Virus record (IMG/VR): IMGVR_UViG_3300020404_000006
Direction: 5' to 3' (one strand)
DNA length: 64,000 nt
Source: a virus
Of the stretch, positions 7,933 through 16,677 are shown in pieces. The notes under the pieces were generated by a model. It was not told where the DNA came from. It did no database searches and saw only the letters and a list, made by a program, of their open reading frames with translations. Each line of letters starts with the position of its first letter. Position 1 is the first letter of the stretch. A program made the position numbers and the translations under genes.

Positions 7933-8122
7933 CCGTTTCTTGGACTTCTTCCTTTTCTTTTAATCTTTCCAGAAACTCCTCGTCAGGTGTGAATACTATT
8001 GGTCCTTCTAAAATTCTCTCCTCCAATTCATCAAGCAGTGGATCCTTTTCATTCTGATTCATGGCGTTCTTTGCTAGTTTTCCAAAAATAATTTTCTTCT
8101 GATCCCAGTCCATCCCGATCAT
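7907..8122 (-). CDS. hypothetical acidic protein (start uncertain)
   Basis: ORF track; probably shorter. Confidence 0.45.
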   Translation of the reverse strand: MIGMDWDQKKIIFGKLAKNAMNQNEKDPLLDELEERILEGPIVFTPDEEFLERLKEKEEVQETVDKNVNNC

Positions 8123-8708
8123 GACCGTTCTCTACTTGGTAGTAGACAGTAGACACCTTGAAGTCAGGGTCTGTTGGTTTCTCAGGAGTCAGACTGTTAT
8201 CGTAAATTCTCATCCTATTGTTAGGGTACAAAGCGAACTGTCCGTTGTCAAGCTCTATAAGGTTATGACTTTTATGTTCTGGAGGTTGTTCACTCGTGGA
8301 ATAATCTACTGCGTCTACGTCCTGATGATAGTTGTCAAGAGTACAGATGTATGTTCCTGTTTGGTTGCCGAAATCTCTAGTCATGATCTCGTAGTGCATT
8401 GATCCAATGAACTGTTTCTGTACTGCTACCACACCATAGTCCATACAGTTCCAGAACTGTAAGTTGTGAAGTGTCAGGTCTGGTGTTGGTAACTCTGGTG
8501 ATGATACGAAAGCACTGATAGGTAACTTATCATACATCGCTGCATAGTCTGGCAAATATGTCTCGAAGTAGAAGGCACGGCCTGGAATTGACTTTGCAGA
8601 TACCCAATATCCTTCTACAAATTCTCCGTGTCCACTCTTATGGTCTGTTAAATATTCTTTTCTTACCCACACATGATAGGAGGGTAGATTACAAATTAGT
8701 GCTGGCAT
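8049..8708 (-). CDS. conserved phage hypothetical protein
   Basis: 219 aa, WNC..Y and PNNR motifs. Confidence 0.8.
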   Translation of the reverse strand: MPALICNLPSYHVWVRKEYLTDHKSGHGEFVEGYWVSAKSIPGRAFYFETYLPDYAAMYDKLPISAFVSSPELPTPDLTLHNLQFWNCMDYGVVAVQKQFIGSMHYEIMTRDFGNQTGTYICTLDNYHQDVDAVDYSTSEQPPEHKSHNLIELDNGQFALYPNNRMRIYDNSLTPEKPTDPDFKVSTVYYQVENGHDRDGLGSEENYFWKTSKERHESE

Positions 8709-8896
8709 CTTTCGTACTGTGGTGGTGTGTAGTGATCATTCCAATGGCGAATATTGCCTGCAATGATAAAGCAATTAGTTACTACAAGTTGGACAAAGAT
8801 AAGAGTTCTTATTAAAGCAACCTTGTCGGCCTCTTTATCAGACTTACCAGACTTGTCTCCAAGTGCTTTTGCCCATACTCTCCAGAATTTTTTCAC
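8696..8896 (-). CDS. small membrane protein
   Basis: WAKALGDK..IAGNIRHW. Confidence 0.7.
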   Translation of the reverse strand: MKKFWRVWAKALGDKSGKSDKEADKVALIRTLIFVQLVVTNCFIIAGNIRHWNDHYTPPQYERCQH

Positions 8897-8922
8897 TCAA
8901 TTAATAGTTCTATTATAATAAT

Positions 8923-9279
8923 TTATCCTACTTTCTGCAACCCCTTTAATACGTTTGACTTCACATCTAAGAGTCCTTCCGCACTAAACCAAGGAGCACT
9001 CTCCCAGTCGAAACCTTCTCCAAATGTGTTGTCTGCATTGGCAACATACCAATGGCAAGATGTGTCTGGTAGATCTACTGCACACTCAGACCAGTCATCT
9101 TCCCACTGAGGAACCTGTACCCACAATGTTTCTGCGTGGGCGAGTGCTGGGTATGCTAAAGAAAATGAAATGAAAGATATAAATGCCCAGAAAATTGAAG
9201 GTATATATTTGACACTCATTGGTCTCTTATATACTTCCATAACATCATGGTATGATTGTGGGAACATGTCTGACATCAT
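8923..9279 (-). CDS. conserved cyanophage exported/membrane protein
   Basis: signal-like segment then WVQVPQW..C..C HWYV; start moved to MMSDMF. Confidence 0.6.
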   Translation of the reverse strand: MMSDMFPQSYHDVMEVYKRPMSVKYIPSIFWAFISFISFSLAYPALAHAETLWVQVPQWEDDWSECAVDLPDTSCHWYVANADNTFGEGFDWESAPWFSAEGLLDVKSNVLKGLQKVG

Positions 9280-9389
9280 AATAATCCTAAAGACCCTGCT
9301 GTGATACCTACGAAAACGAAAAAACCAAACTCCATAAGATCTCTGGAGCCTGGTGGGATAGTATTTAATAGTGAGGCGAGGAATATCAT
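9276..9389 (-). CDS. 37-aa membrane peptide (MIFLASLLNTIPPGSRDL...)
   Basis: manual translation; TGA overlaps next start. Confidence 0.5.
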   Translation of the reverse strand: MIFLASLLNTIPPGSRDLMEFGFFVFVGITAGSLGLL

Positions 9390-9470
9390 GCGAATACGAA
9401 TGACATTCCGCCGTTTGCACAAGCTATTACACTTACTAGGAATAGACTTGTTGAGATAAGATGGATCATG

Positions 9471-9674
9471 TTATGCACCTGATGGAACTTGAACTGGGAC
9501 TAACTGTTGGTCTGAAACCCTGACACCTAATCCACCACCGTCATCATCGTCGTCATCATCATTGATGATTCTGAGATATAACTCTAACAATACGAGAACA
9601 GCCATGGGGTAGAACAACCAGACTATTGCTTTCCATACTGGATAAGAGTCGGCAGCAAACTGATATTCATTCAT
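9471..9674 (-). CDS. small TM protein with poly-Asp tract
   Basis: TM helix then DDDDDDDGGG. Confidence 0.65.
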   Translation of the reverse strand: MNEYQFAADSYPVWKAIVWLFYPMAVLVLLELYLRIINDDDDDDDGGGLGVRVSDQQLVPVQVPSGA

Positions 9675-9758
9675 ATATTGTCCCTATGTGTTGGATTGAA
9701 AATTTTTAATATGTTTTTATTTAGTTTTGTAAAGTTCTAGGGGAAAAAAAATTTGACC

Positions 9759-9932
9759 CTAGAACATACCGAAGAACATGTGACCTGTGGTTAAGTCAGA
9801 GATACATGCTGCTAATAGACCAACCATTGCTGCTCTACCATTCCATGTCTCTGCCCAGATTTTCTGGGGTTCTACTCTTGCGTTCTTCTCAAAGAGTTTA
9901 TCCACTGATTTTTGCTTAAGTGTTTTAGTCAT
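9759..9932 (-). CDS. hli: high-light inducible protein
   Basis: AETWNGRAAMVG motif; 57 aa. Confidence 0.92.
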   Translation of the reverse strand: MTKTLKQKSVDKLFEKNARVEPQKIWAETWNGRAAMVGLLAACISDLTTGHMFFGMF

Positions 9933-10045
9933 TAAACAATGCCTGGTATAAGTTGACCTGTGAAGGCATAAACTGTGCAAAGTGTGACGAATCCCATCAT
10001 TGCAGCACGTCCTTGTGCCTTGACGAAAATATCTTTGTTAGACAT
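9932..10045 (-). CDS. hli: high-light inducible protein, degenerate motif
   Basis: KAQGRAAMMGF..TGQLIPGIV; 37 aa. Confidence 0.85.
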   Translation of the reverse strand: MSNKDIFVKAQGRAAMMGFVTLCTVYAFTGQLIPGIV

Positions 10046-10152
10046 TAAAAGATGCCTGGGATGATATTTCCTGTTGTTGCATATGCGCCTACTGCTGCAA
10101 CGAAACCGAGCATAGCTGCCCAACCATTAAATCTTTCTGCTTCTGGAGTCAT
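10045..10152 (-). CDS. hli: high-light inducible protein
   Basis: MTPEAERFNGWAAMLGF..TGNIIPGIF; 35 aa, absent from ORF track. Confidence 0.92.
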   Translation of the reverse strand: MTPEAERFNGWAAMLGFVAAVGAYATTGNIIPGIF

Positions 10153-10182
10153 GATAGTGTACCGTTTGTGTGTTGATTGTGT

Positions 10183-10296
10183 TTAGAAAAAGCCTGGAAT
10201 TATCCAGCCTGTGAATCCGTAATTAACTACGGCTGCGAACAAACCCATCATCGCTAGACGACCGTTGATCTGTTCTGCGTTCTTCCAATAATTCAT
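10183..10296 (-). CDS. hli: high-light inducible protein
   Basis: MNYWKNAEQINGRLAMMG..TGWIIPGFF; 37 aa, absent from ORF track. Confidence 0.92.
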   Translation of the reverse strand: MNYWKNAEQINGRLAMMGLFAAVVNYGFTGWIIPGFF

Positions 10297-10297
10297 T

Positions 10298-10501
10298 TTA
10301 GAATATGCCTGGAATGATTTGACCTGTTGTTGTGTATGCAACAAGTAGTGATACAAAACCTAACATAGCCCAACGACCATTGGTTTTTTCAGCGTTCTTG
10401 CCATACCCTTCATAGGATTCGTCAAGAGTCATACGAGGTTCGATAGAATAGATGTTCTGTCTTCCGCCCGATTCTGTAACTTTACCTTTTGCGATTGTCA
10501 T
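10298..10501 (-). CDS. hli: high-light inducible protein
   Basis: AEKTNGRWAMLGF..TGQIIPGIF. Confidence 0.95.
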   Translation of the reverse strand: MTIAKGKVTESGGRQNIYSIEPRMTLDESYEGYGKNAEKTNGRWAMLGFVSLLVAYTTTGQIIPGIF

Positions 10502-10525
10502 TGAATTATTAAGAAACGTAACATA

Positions 10526-10554
10526 ATTATATATAAAAGATAAAATTTTGTCAA
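10526..10554 (-). promoter_or_regulatory. sigma70 promoter of hli array, flanked by HLR1-like boxes
   Basis: perfect TTGACA-17 nt-TATAAT. Confidence 0.8.
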
Positions 10555-10582
10555 GTTTCTTAACATTAATTATTTCTGTATT

Positions 10583-10747
10583 CTAATATTCGTACTCTTG
10601 TAAGATCTCTAGGGCGCAGTTTAAAGCCTGCTGTGCTGCCCATCTTTCCTTATCATCCCAAGTGGGATACCAATTCTTTGTGTCAATGCCATGTTTGATC
10701 TTTAAGAGTCTAGATTCCATATAGCATTTGGTTAATCTTCCGTTCAT
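10583..10747 (-). CDS. hypothetical protein (MNGRLTKCYM..., 54 aa)
   Basis: manual translation; ATGA overlap. Confidence 0.6.
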   Translation of the reverse strand: MNGRLTKCYMESRLLKIKHGIDTKNWYPTWDDKERWAAQQALNCALEILQEYEY

Positions 10748-11277
10748 GAGGGTCCTCTAGGCGGTTCTGTTAGATATACGTTGCCTGATATAGTAGTTCC
10801 TTCTCCACCACTCGTTACAAAGTGTTCTATCCACGAGGGAAAGATAATGATACTACCAGCAGGAGCATTGGGAATGAAATCCATAGAGATTGCAGTACCA
10901 TACATTGCCCACTGATTCATTATCAGTTTACGAGAAGGATTCATGAAAACAGTTCTGGAATAATCCACAGACTCCACAATAACGAAACTCCATTGAGCTC
11001 CTGAGTGGATGTGTGGATCTTGCCAGTCGTGTTTACCGTATTTGTTACGCCATACCTGTCCAATTACAAAATCATCTGGTATGAACTGTTGTATGCACTC
11101 TGAGATAAGTCCTTTAACATATTCATATGATTCCTCTGTAAAGTTATCATTTCCTAGTGTTGTAGGACAAGCACTGAGGAATGTAGGTTGAAAATTCTCT
11201 GACACCAAGTTTACTTTATCGAGGTCAATTTCCTCAATGAAAAATGGTGCAGCGAATATAGCGTGTGGGTTTCTCAT
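10744..11277 (-). CDS. 2OG-Fe(II) oxygenase (TIGR02466-like)
   Basis: W.N.Y, HxH, IIFPSW.EH.V, ISGN. Confidence 0.8.
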   Translation of the reverse strand: MRNPHAIFAAPFFIEEIDLDKVNLVSENFQPTFLSACPTTLGNDNFTEESYEYVKGLISECIQQFIPDDFVIGQVWRNKYGKHDWQDPHIHSGAQWSFVIVESVDYSRTVFMNPSRKLIMNQWAMYGTAISMDFIPNAPAGSIIIFPSWIEHFVTSGGEGTTISGNVYLTEPPRGPS

Positions 11278-11293
11278 ATAATAATTATAACAG

Positions 11294-11326
11294 AAAAAAG
11301 ACCCACTGCAATCACAGGGGTCTTTT
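11294..11326 (-). terminator. intrinsic terminator
   Basis: AAAAGACCC/GGGTCTTTT stem plus T-tract. Confidence 0.75.
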
Positions 11327-11352
11327 GTTTTTATATACTAACGTATTTGTAC

Positions 11353-11703
11353 TTAGAAAACGTACTTAGCACCGATTTTAGCACCGTATCCGTTGTCTGC
11401 ACCATCAGCAGTTTGGAAGGTGAGTTCGCCGTAACCAACAACAGACTCAGACAAATCAACAGATCCACCTGCCTTTGCAAGGAATTCTGTGTCAGAGTCA
11501 CCACCATCAGGTGAGTTTACAATAGGACCACCTTGGACATACCAGTTAGATCCTTCGTAACCAAGTGCAAACTCGGCTGTAGTTGCAGTGTAGTCTCCAC
11601 CAGTGAATGAAGAATTGGTTTCAACGTTTACATAAGGTCCTGCGAAAGCAGCACCAGCGAAAAGGGGAGCAGCAGCTGCGGCTGCGATTACATTTTTGAA
11701 CAT
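11353..11703 (-). CDS. small outer-membrane beta-barrel (porin-like) protein
   Basis: Sec signal (AAFA), alternating beta strands, C-terminal KYVF. Confidence 0.7.
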   Translation of the reverse strand: MFKNVIAAAAAAPLFAGAAFAGPYVNVETNSSFTGGDYTATTAEFALGYEGSNWYVQGGPIVNSPDGGDSDTEFLAKAGGSVDLSESVVGYGELTFQTADGADNGYGAKIGAKYVF

Positions 11704-11719
11704 TTAATTTCTCTCTAAT

Positions 11720-11888
11720 TTACTTGCTGAGTTTTTTTACCAGCAGATGATAGAAGTCTCGACATGACTTCGTGTTAGGTTTGAATCGAAGATAGACCTA
11801 GCGCGAGTAATTGAGGCATTCGGAATACTTGTTCCTCCACAACACGTCTGTTATGGAATCGTGACACTAGCGGGATCGCTAGTTCCAT
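11720..11888 (-). ncRNA. long structured 5' leader, probable manA RNA motif
   Basis: hairpins CTAGCG/CGCTAG, TAGGT/ACCTA, GAAGTC/GACTTC, TGCTG/CAGCA; AATGCCTCAATTACTCG and GTCGAG cores. Confidence 0.55.
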
Positions 11889-11894
11889 TTATTT

Positions 11895-11923
11895 AGTTTA
11901 ACAAATTTTTTAGGATTTGTCAA
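11895..11923 (-). promoter_or_regulatory. sigma70 promoter with adjacent TAAATA late element
   Basis: TTGACA-17 nt-TAAACT then AAATAAAT. Confidence 0.65.
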
Positions 11924-12729
11924 GCTCCCTGTCCTTTGTTTCTAGGATCACCACCAGCAATCCTACCTAGATAAGGATCAAAGTCGGATAACATATCAAT
12001 AGTGATGTCCCCACCCCTTGTAGTCCAGAGTTCTCTGAGACCATCGTGACTCCCCCTATGGAAGATCTCAATGTGTTCTTCATGGATTGAGGAACCTAGT
12101 TCGATCTTGTATAGGAAGACAGGACAGGCATAAGATGCACCTGAGTTGTAGATCAGGTCATCAGCGACAGGTCTAGGTTTCACGCCATTGTCGAGTTTAT
12201 ATTTCTCTCCTCTGACATGAAGTTTCAATAGTTTCTCAGCATGATGTCTAGTTATGACATAACATGCAGTAGAAAAGTCATTAATAAATCTACGATGAAC
12301 CTGTACATGTAGTTCGCCAGGGCAGATCACTGCAACTTGAACTGTGTCCCAGTCGTATGGCATCCTAGAGATGAATTGTCTCCATGTGAATGTCCAGAAC
12401 TGTGCGATACTAATGTCACAATCATCTTCCATGATGATTGCGTATGGTTCATCAGTCTCCTCAACAAAATGTTTGAGTGCCTTGAGGTGAGAAGTCACAC
12501 AACCAATCTCACCAGGCGTAATACTGTCAGGATACTTACCAACCAAGATCTCACTCAGGTCGTCACCTGTGGAAGGTCTACCATCATATGCAGAGATACG
12601 AGTGTAGTTTTCAATCTCCCATTCTTTGAGTTGTTCTTCCATCCACTTCATCCTCTCTGGTTGTTCATCCAGATTAATGATGTAAAGCGGACCGAATCCT
12701 CTAAGTTTGTATGCAGATTTATTTGACAT
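11920..12729 (-). CDS. glycosyltransferase family 25
   Basis: INL..R, GEIGC..SH, IMEDD motifs. Confidence 0.85.
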   Translation of the reverse strand: MSNKSAYKLRGFGPLYIINLDEQPERMKWMEEQLKEWEIENYTRISAYDGRPSTGDDLSEILVGKYPDSITPGEIGCVTSHLKALKHFVEETDEPYAIIMEDDCDISIAQFWTFTWRQFISRMPYDWDTVQVAVICPGELHVQVHRRFINDFSTACYVITRHHAEKLLKLHVRGEKYKLDNGVKPRPVADDLIYNSGASYACPVFLYKIELGSSIHEEHIEIFHRGSHDGLRELWTTRGGDITIDMLSDFDPYLGRIAGGDPRNKGQGA

Positions 12730-13225
12730 CGAAAAAGAATGTTTGTGTGAGTCTACTTGTTTCTAGCGTGTTGCCAAAACCAGGCAGAATACTTCTATGA
12801 TACAACACTTTGCCACGATACGCAACCAGTCTATTGTAAATATTTCCTACACCGATATTCATATCAGTGTCGGGCGACTCATAGATACCAGTTCCAGAAT
12901 CAAGAATAGGATCGGGAGTCAGATATAATACTGCTGCCCACTCTCCTTGATTTTCTCCCTGACTATCAACATGAACCCAAGTTTCTGTTCCTTCTTGGCA
13001 TGATTGAAAACAAAAAGTGTCCTGTGTCCAATCCCATACAATCTCTCCTCCGAGAGCAGTCTTTAGTTTAGTCTCTACTTCTTTTTGTAGATCCCCACCT
13101 AACCTATGAGACCTTACACCAGGCACAGATTTTTGAATCCTATCAAAATCTAAGGATAAGGCATGAAACCTTATCCTGTCTGGGTCATCTAAAAAATTAT
13201 CTATTACAATTAAATTACGATCCAT
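12719..13225 (-). CDS. 2OG-Fe(II) oxygenase-like (DUF6445-like)
   Basis: VIDNF, HVD, LYLTP..GT, YNRL..H..RLTQ.FF. Confidence 0.7.
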   Translation of the reverse strand: MDRNLIVIDNFLDDPDRIRFHALSLDFDRIQKSVPGVRSHRLGGDLQKEVETKLKTALGGEIVWDWTQDTFCFQSCQEGTETWVHVDSQGENQGEWAAVLYLTPDPILDSGTGIYESPDTDMNIGVGNIYNRLVAYRGKVLYHRSILPGFGNTLETSRLTQTFFFDVK

Positions 13226-14067
13226 CCGTCACAATATAAGTCCTTAAGATTTTTGTCTTTATAATCTGGACCGAACCATTGTTTAGGTGCTACGACTTTT
13301 CCTCTACCATTTTGTAACCATGCACCCCACCATGATAGGGATGAGTTAGCAATGATTGCACCAGAACATAAACTCATGATGCAGAGATCAACGAATGGTT
13401 CATAAGATCCATCGGGATATTTGTCTGTTGGTTCTGATACAAGGAATCTATCATCAGCAAAGAACTCCTGTTCGTTTACCCACTCAGGAGAGTCTGAACA
13501 AACTACTATGGGTTGATCCTCTGGAAACTCCTTGAGTGCCTTCTCATAGTATTCTACAGGTTGTGGTGGATGTTGACCAGAACATTCGGTGTAAGACCAT
13601 TTAAACCCTCTGGCATCTACTAGATTAGGATCTCCTCTCCTTACATGTAAGAACAATGGAACCTGATCTAATGAATCTACCATTTCCTTACAAGGTCCTA
13701 GAATAGAATCATGGAAAGTAAAATCTCTCCTGATATCTTGTTCTATATTTTTGAAATATTTTTCTGTCTGAAAGAATCCAAATAAACTTACATCATTGGG
13801 GCACATTCTATGGAGTTCTTCATCAAACTCAAAATGTTTTTCGATTACTACAGGAGCGTGACCTCTATCAAGAACTGCAAGATTACTTCTTCCTACACTC
13901 TCTAATGTAAAGGCTCTGTGTAAACTATAATTATCTACTCTCTTAGATTCAAAAGGTGGAATACCAAATTCATATCCACGCATAGCAGAGATACCCCTAA
14001 CGGCAGCATACTGAAACATTTGATTACCTAGTCTGCCTAGGTTACCCATTTGATTAAAGGCTAGCAT
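13210..14067 (-). CDS. GT11 alpha-1,2-fucosyltransferase-like
   Basis: GRLGNQMFQYA, GFFQTEKYF, HVRRGD, IIANSSLSWWGAWL. Confidence 0.9.
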   Translation of the reverse strand: MLAFNQMGNLGRLGNQMFQYAAVRGISAMRGYEFGIPPFESKRVDNYSLHRAFTLESVGRSNLAVLDRGHAPVVIEKHFEFDEELHRMCPNDVSLFGFFQTEKYFKNIEQDIRRDFTFHDSILGPCKEMVDSLDQVPLFLHVRRGDPNLVDARGFKWSYTECSGQHPPQPVEYYEKALKEFPEDQPIVVCSDSPEWVNEQEFFADDRFLVSEPTDKYPDGSYEPFVDLCIMSLCSGAIIANSSLSWWGAWLQNGRGKVVAPKQWFGPDYKDKNLKDLYCDGWIVI

Positions 14068-14890
14068 TTAGTTCGTTCCCCCTGCGTTTGATGTAGTCTA
14101 ACTTTGCATAGTATTGTGTCAAAGACTCTTTATCTTGAGTCCTAATCCAGTTCCACAATCTATCGTTATCTTGAAACTTAGGATTGTGATAATGTGAATT
14201 GAATGTTCTGCCATGTTCAAAGTGATAGATGTCATCAATGACTCTGCCAACTTTAAATCCAAAACAATTTAGTCGGTAATAAAACTCACAATCTTCTGCT
14301 CCCCATGATATGAATTCTTCATTCCATAGTCCAGCAGATACTTCTGCGGTTTTGGTTATCATTTGACCCCATCCAATAGATGATGGAATCCTAACTTTGT
14401 GATCCTTGAGAACTTCAAAGTCAGCATCGTTACCATCATGTGATGATAAAAACTTATCCAATAGTTGATCGGAGTAAGTTACTGCCCACTGGTAGATACC
14501 ACATCCAAAAGGATAGACAGCATCGGATCCTTCCTGTGTGATGGCACGGTGAGCAAGTTGATGTGAGTTCTTTAGGACAACAACATCCACATCATGATTG
14601 TATAGAATAGGAGTATCAGCGGCAACGCATAGGTCATTTAGTATTCTTGTTTTATGAAAAAACTTCTCTGAACTTTGTTCAAAGATATGTTTCAGTTGTG
14701 AAGTATCTCCCACATAACTTTTGATGCGAGGCAAAGCACTCTCACTGAAGTGTGATTGCGTGTCTACTTCTTTTACAATAACTTTTGCTTCGGGAAAGCA
14801 TTTCATTATGTAAGTAATGGAGGTGATTACATTTCGTAGTCTGTCCTCCGTCTCTATCCTACATGGCAGTAGGTAGGTTATATCTTTCAT
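14054..14890 (-). CDS. GT-A fold glycosyltransferase (GT7/GT2 C-terminal type)
   Basis: DRLRN, HDVD (DxD), WGAED, HFEH. Confidence 0.8.
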   Translation of the reverse strand: MKDITYLLPCRIETEDRLRNVITSITYIMKCFPEAKVIVKEVDTQSHFSESALPRIKSYVGDTSQLKHIFEQSSEKFFHKTRILNDLCVAADTPILYNHDVDVVVLKNSHQLAHRAITQEGSDAVYPFGCGIYQWAVTYSDQLLDKFLSSHDGNDADFEVLKDHKVRIPSSIGWGQMITKTAEVSAGLWNEEFISWGAEDCEFYYRLNCFGFKVGRVIDDIYHFEHGRTFNSHYHNPKFQDNDRLWNWIRTQDKESLTQYYAKLDYIKRRGNELNASL

Positions 14891-15817
14891 TTATTCAGGC
14901 TCAATGTAAGAGGGATCATTGTGTAATTTAATCCAACGTGGGGGAATCAAATCGCTCATGTCATACATGTCATACTTAATTCCAAACCAAGGATCAGGAG
15001 CAACAACTTGCCAGTGTCTTTGGATAGAGTTTTTACCCATCTTATCTCCACCTTTCTGCAACCATGCACCCCACCATGATAGAGATGAGTTGGCGATAAT
15101 ACCACCACCGCATAGTGTCATAAGACAGAGATCAATATAAGGAACAGATGCACCATCTCCAAACTCCTCATAAGAGGCATCAGAGAATAGGAATCTATCT
15201 CCCTGTAACCAATCCTGTTTCTTACACCAATCAATAGTGTCAGAAACTACAATAACATTTTTATCTTCTGGAAACTTTGATAGTGCCTCAATATAATATT
15301 CTTTCTTACAAATAGGATGATACTCTTGCACCATCTGATAAGACCATTTCTCTCCTCTTCTGCCTGTCACATTAGGATTACCTCTGCGAACATGTAGGAA
15401 GATATTATTATCTTGTCCACCGTTCTCTTCAATAAACTCTGTACAGGGTTCTAGATATTCTTTCTTAAATGTAAAGTCATGTCTAATATCAGCAGAGATA
15501 CTTTCAAAGTATAATTCTGTTTGAAAATTACCAGAGAAATTAGTATCGTCTTCAGCCCAATCCCATATCTCTTTATTGAACTTCATGTCTCTATAGACTT
15601 TCTGTTTATGGAAGAATGGTTCTCCCTGATTTTGTGGGAGGCAACCATACAATTCAAACGCATCGAACAAACCATAGTTGTCAAGTCTATCTGCATCAGG
15701 GCCTGGGATGACCCAATCATATTCTTTATGTGCAGCAAGTCCTCTTACAAAAGCATACTGGAACATTTGATTTCCTAGTCTACCTTCGTTTCCTAATCCT
15801 TGAAATGAAATTGCCAT
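14891..15817 (-). CDS. GT11 alpha-1,2-fucosyltransferase-like
   Basis: GRLGNQMFQYA, HVRRG, IANSSLSWWGAWL. Confidence 0.9.
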   Translation of the reverse strand: MAISFQGLGNEGRLGNQMFQYAFVRGLAAHKEYDWVIPGPDADRLDNYGLFDAFELYGCLPQNQGEPFFHKQKVYRDMKFNKEIWDWAEDDTNFSGNFQTELYFESISADIRHDFTFKKEYLEPCTEFIEENGGQDNNIFLHVRRGNPNVTGRRGEKWSYQMVQEYHPICKKEYYIEALSKFPEDKNVIVVSDTIDWCKKQDWLQGDRFLFSDASYEEFGDGASVPYIDLCLMTLCGGGIIANSSLSWWGAWLQKGGDKMGKNSIQRHWQVVAPDPWFGIKYDMYDMSDLIPPRWIKLHNDPSYIEPE

Positions 15818-16677
15818 TATTTACTCCAATAGTGTGTCTGCCAACGGGCAGGAACCATCATACTTGTATCCAAGTGTGACATGGAAGAACCATACCACTT
15901 CTCTGGGTCGGGGGCGATGACTTTACCCCTATCTCCTTGCAACCATGCACCCCACCAACTGAATGAACTGTTGGCGATGATGGCACCAGAACAAAGACTC
16001 ATCAAACATAGATCAACCTGAGGCAGAAGAGTGTTCTGCATCTGGCCTGTGCCATCGATAGTTTGATATTCATATCTCTCAGGATTATCATTAAAGATAA
16101 ACCTATCGTTGTCAAAGAATGATTGATTCTTACACCAATCTAAATCATCTGTGAATACAAAACATGGAGTATCAGGACTCCAAAATTCTAGCGCAGTTTT
16201 AAAAAATGTAAGCGGGAGGATGGGGTGGAATTCCTCTCTTCCAATATTATCGGACTGACGAATGTGCAGAAAAATAGGAGGGCTATCCAAAGACCTGATG
16301 TAATCAGTACAAGGTTCGAGAACATCTTTTTTAAATGTGAAGTCTTCACGGATCTGATCTGCAATGTGTACAAAGTAATCTTCTGTTTGTAGATAGGCAT
16401 CTATGTTGACACCATCTGTACAGTAAAATAAACTCTCATCAAAAGCATGTGTAGATTCTTTGACTGTCATGCCATCATTGAACCCAAGATTCTCAGGTTG
16501 TACATGCTTCATTTCAAATGTATCAAACAATCCATAATTATCTTTATGGTTACAATCAGGTGGCGGAATCATCCACTGATACTGATTGTAATTTGCGATT
16601 CCTCTGAGTGAGGCATACTGAAACATTTGGTTTCCAAGTCTACCATTACTACCGAGGCGATTATAACTAATCGTCAA
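15817..16677 (-). CDS. GT11 alpha-1,2-fucosyltransferase-like
   Basis: GRLGNQMFQYA, HIRQSD, IANSSFSWWGAWL. Confidence 0.88.
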   Translation of the reverse strand: MTISYNRLGSNGRLGNQMFQYASLRGIANYNQYQWMIPPPDCNHKDNYGLFDTFEMKHVQPENLGFNDGMTVKESTHAFDESLFYCTDGVNIDAYLQTEDYFVHIADQIREDFTFKKDVLEPCTDYIRSLDSPPIFLHIRQSDNIGREEFHPILPLTFFKTALEFWSPDTPCFVFTDDLDWCKNQSFFDNDRFIFNDNPERYEYQTIDGTGQMQNTLLPQVDLCLMSLCSGAIIANSSFSWWGAWLQGDRGKVIAPDPEKWYGSSMSHLDTSMMVPARWQTHYWSK

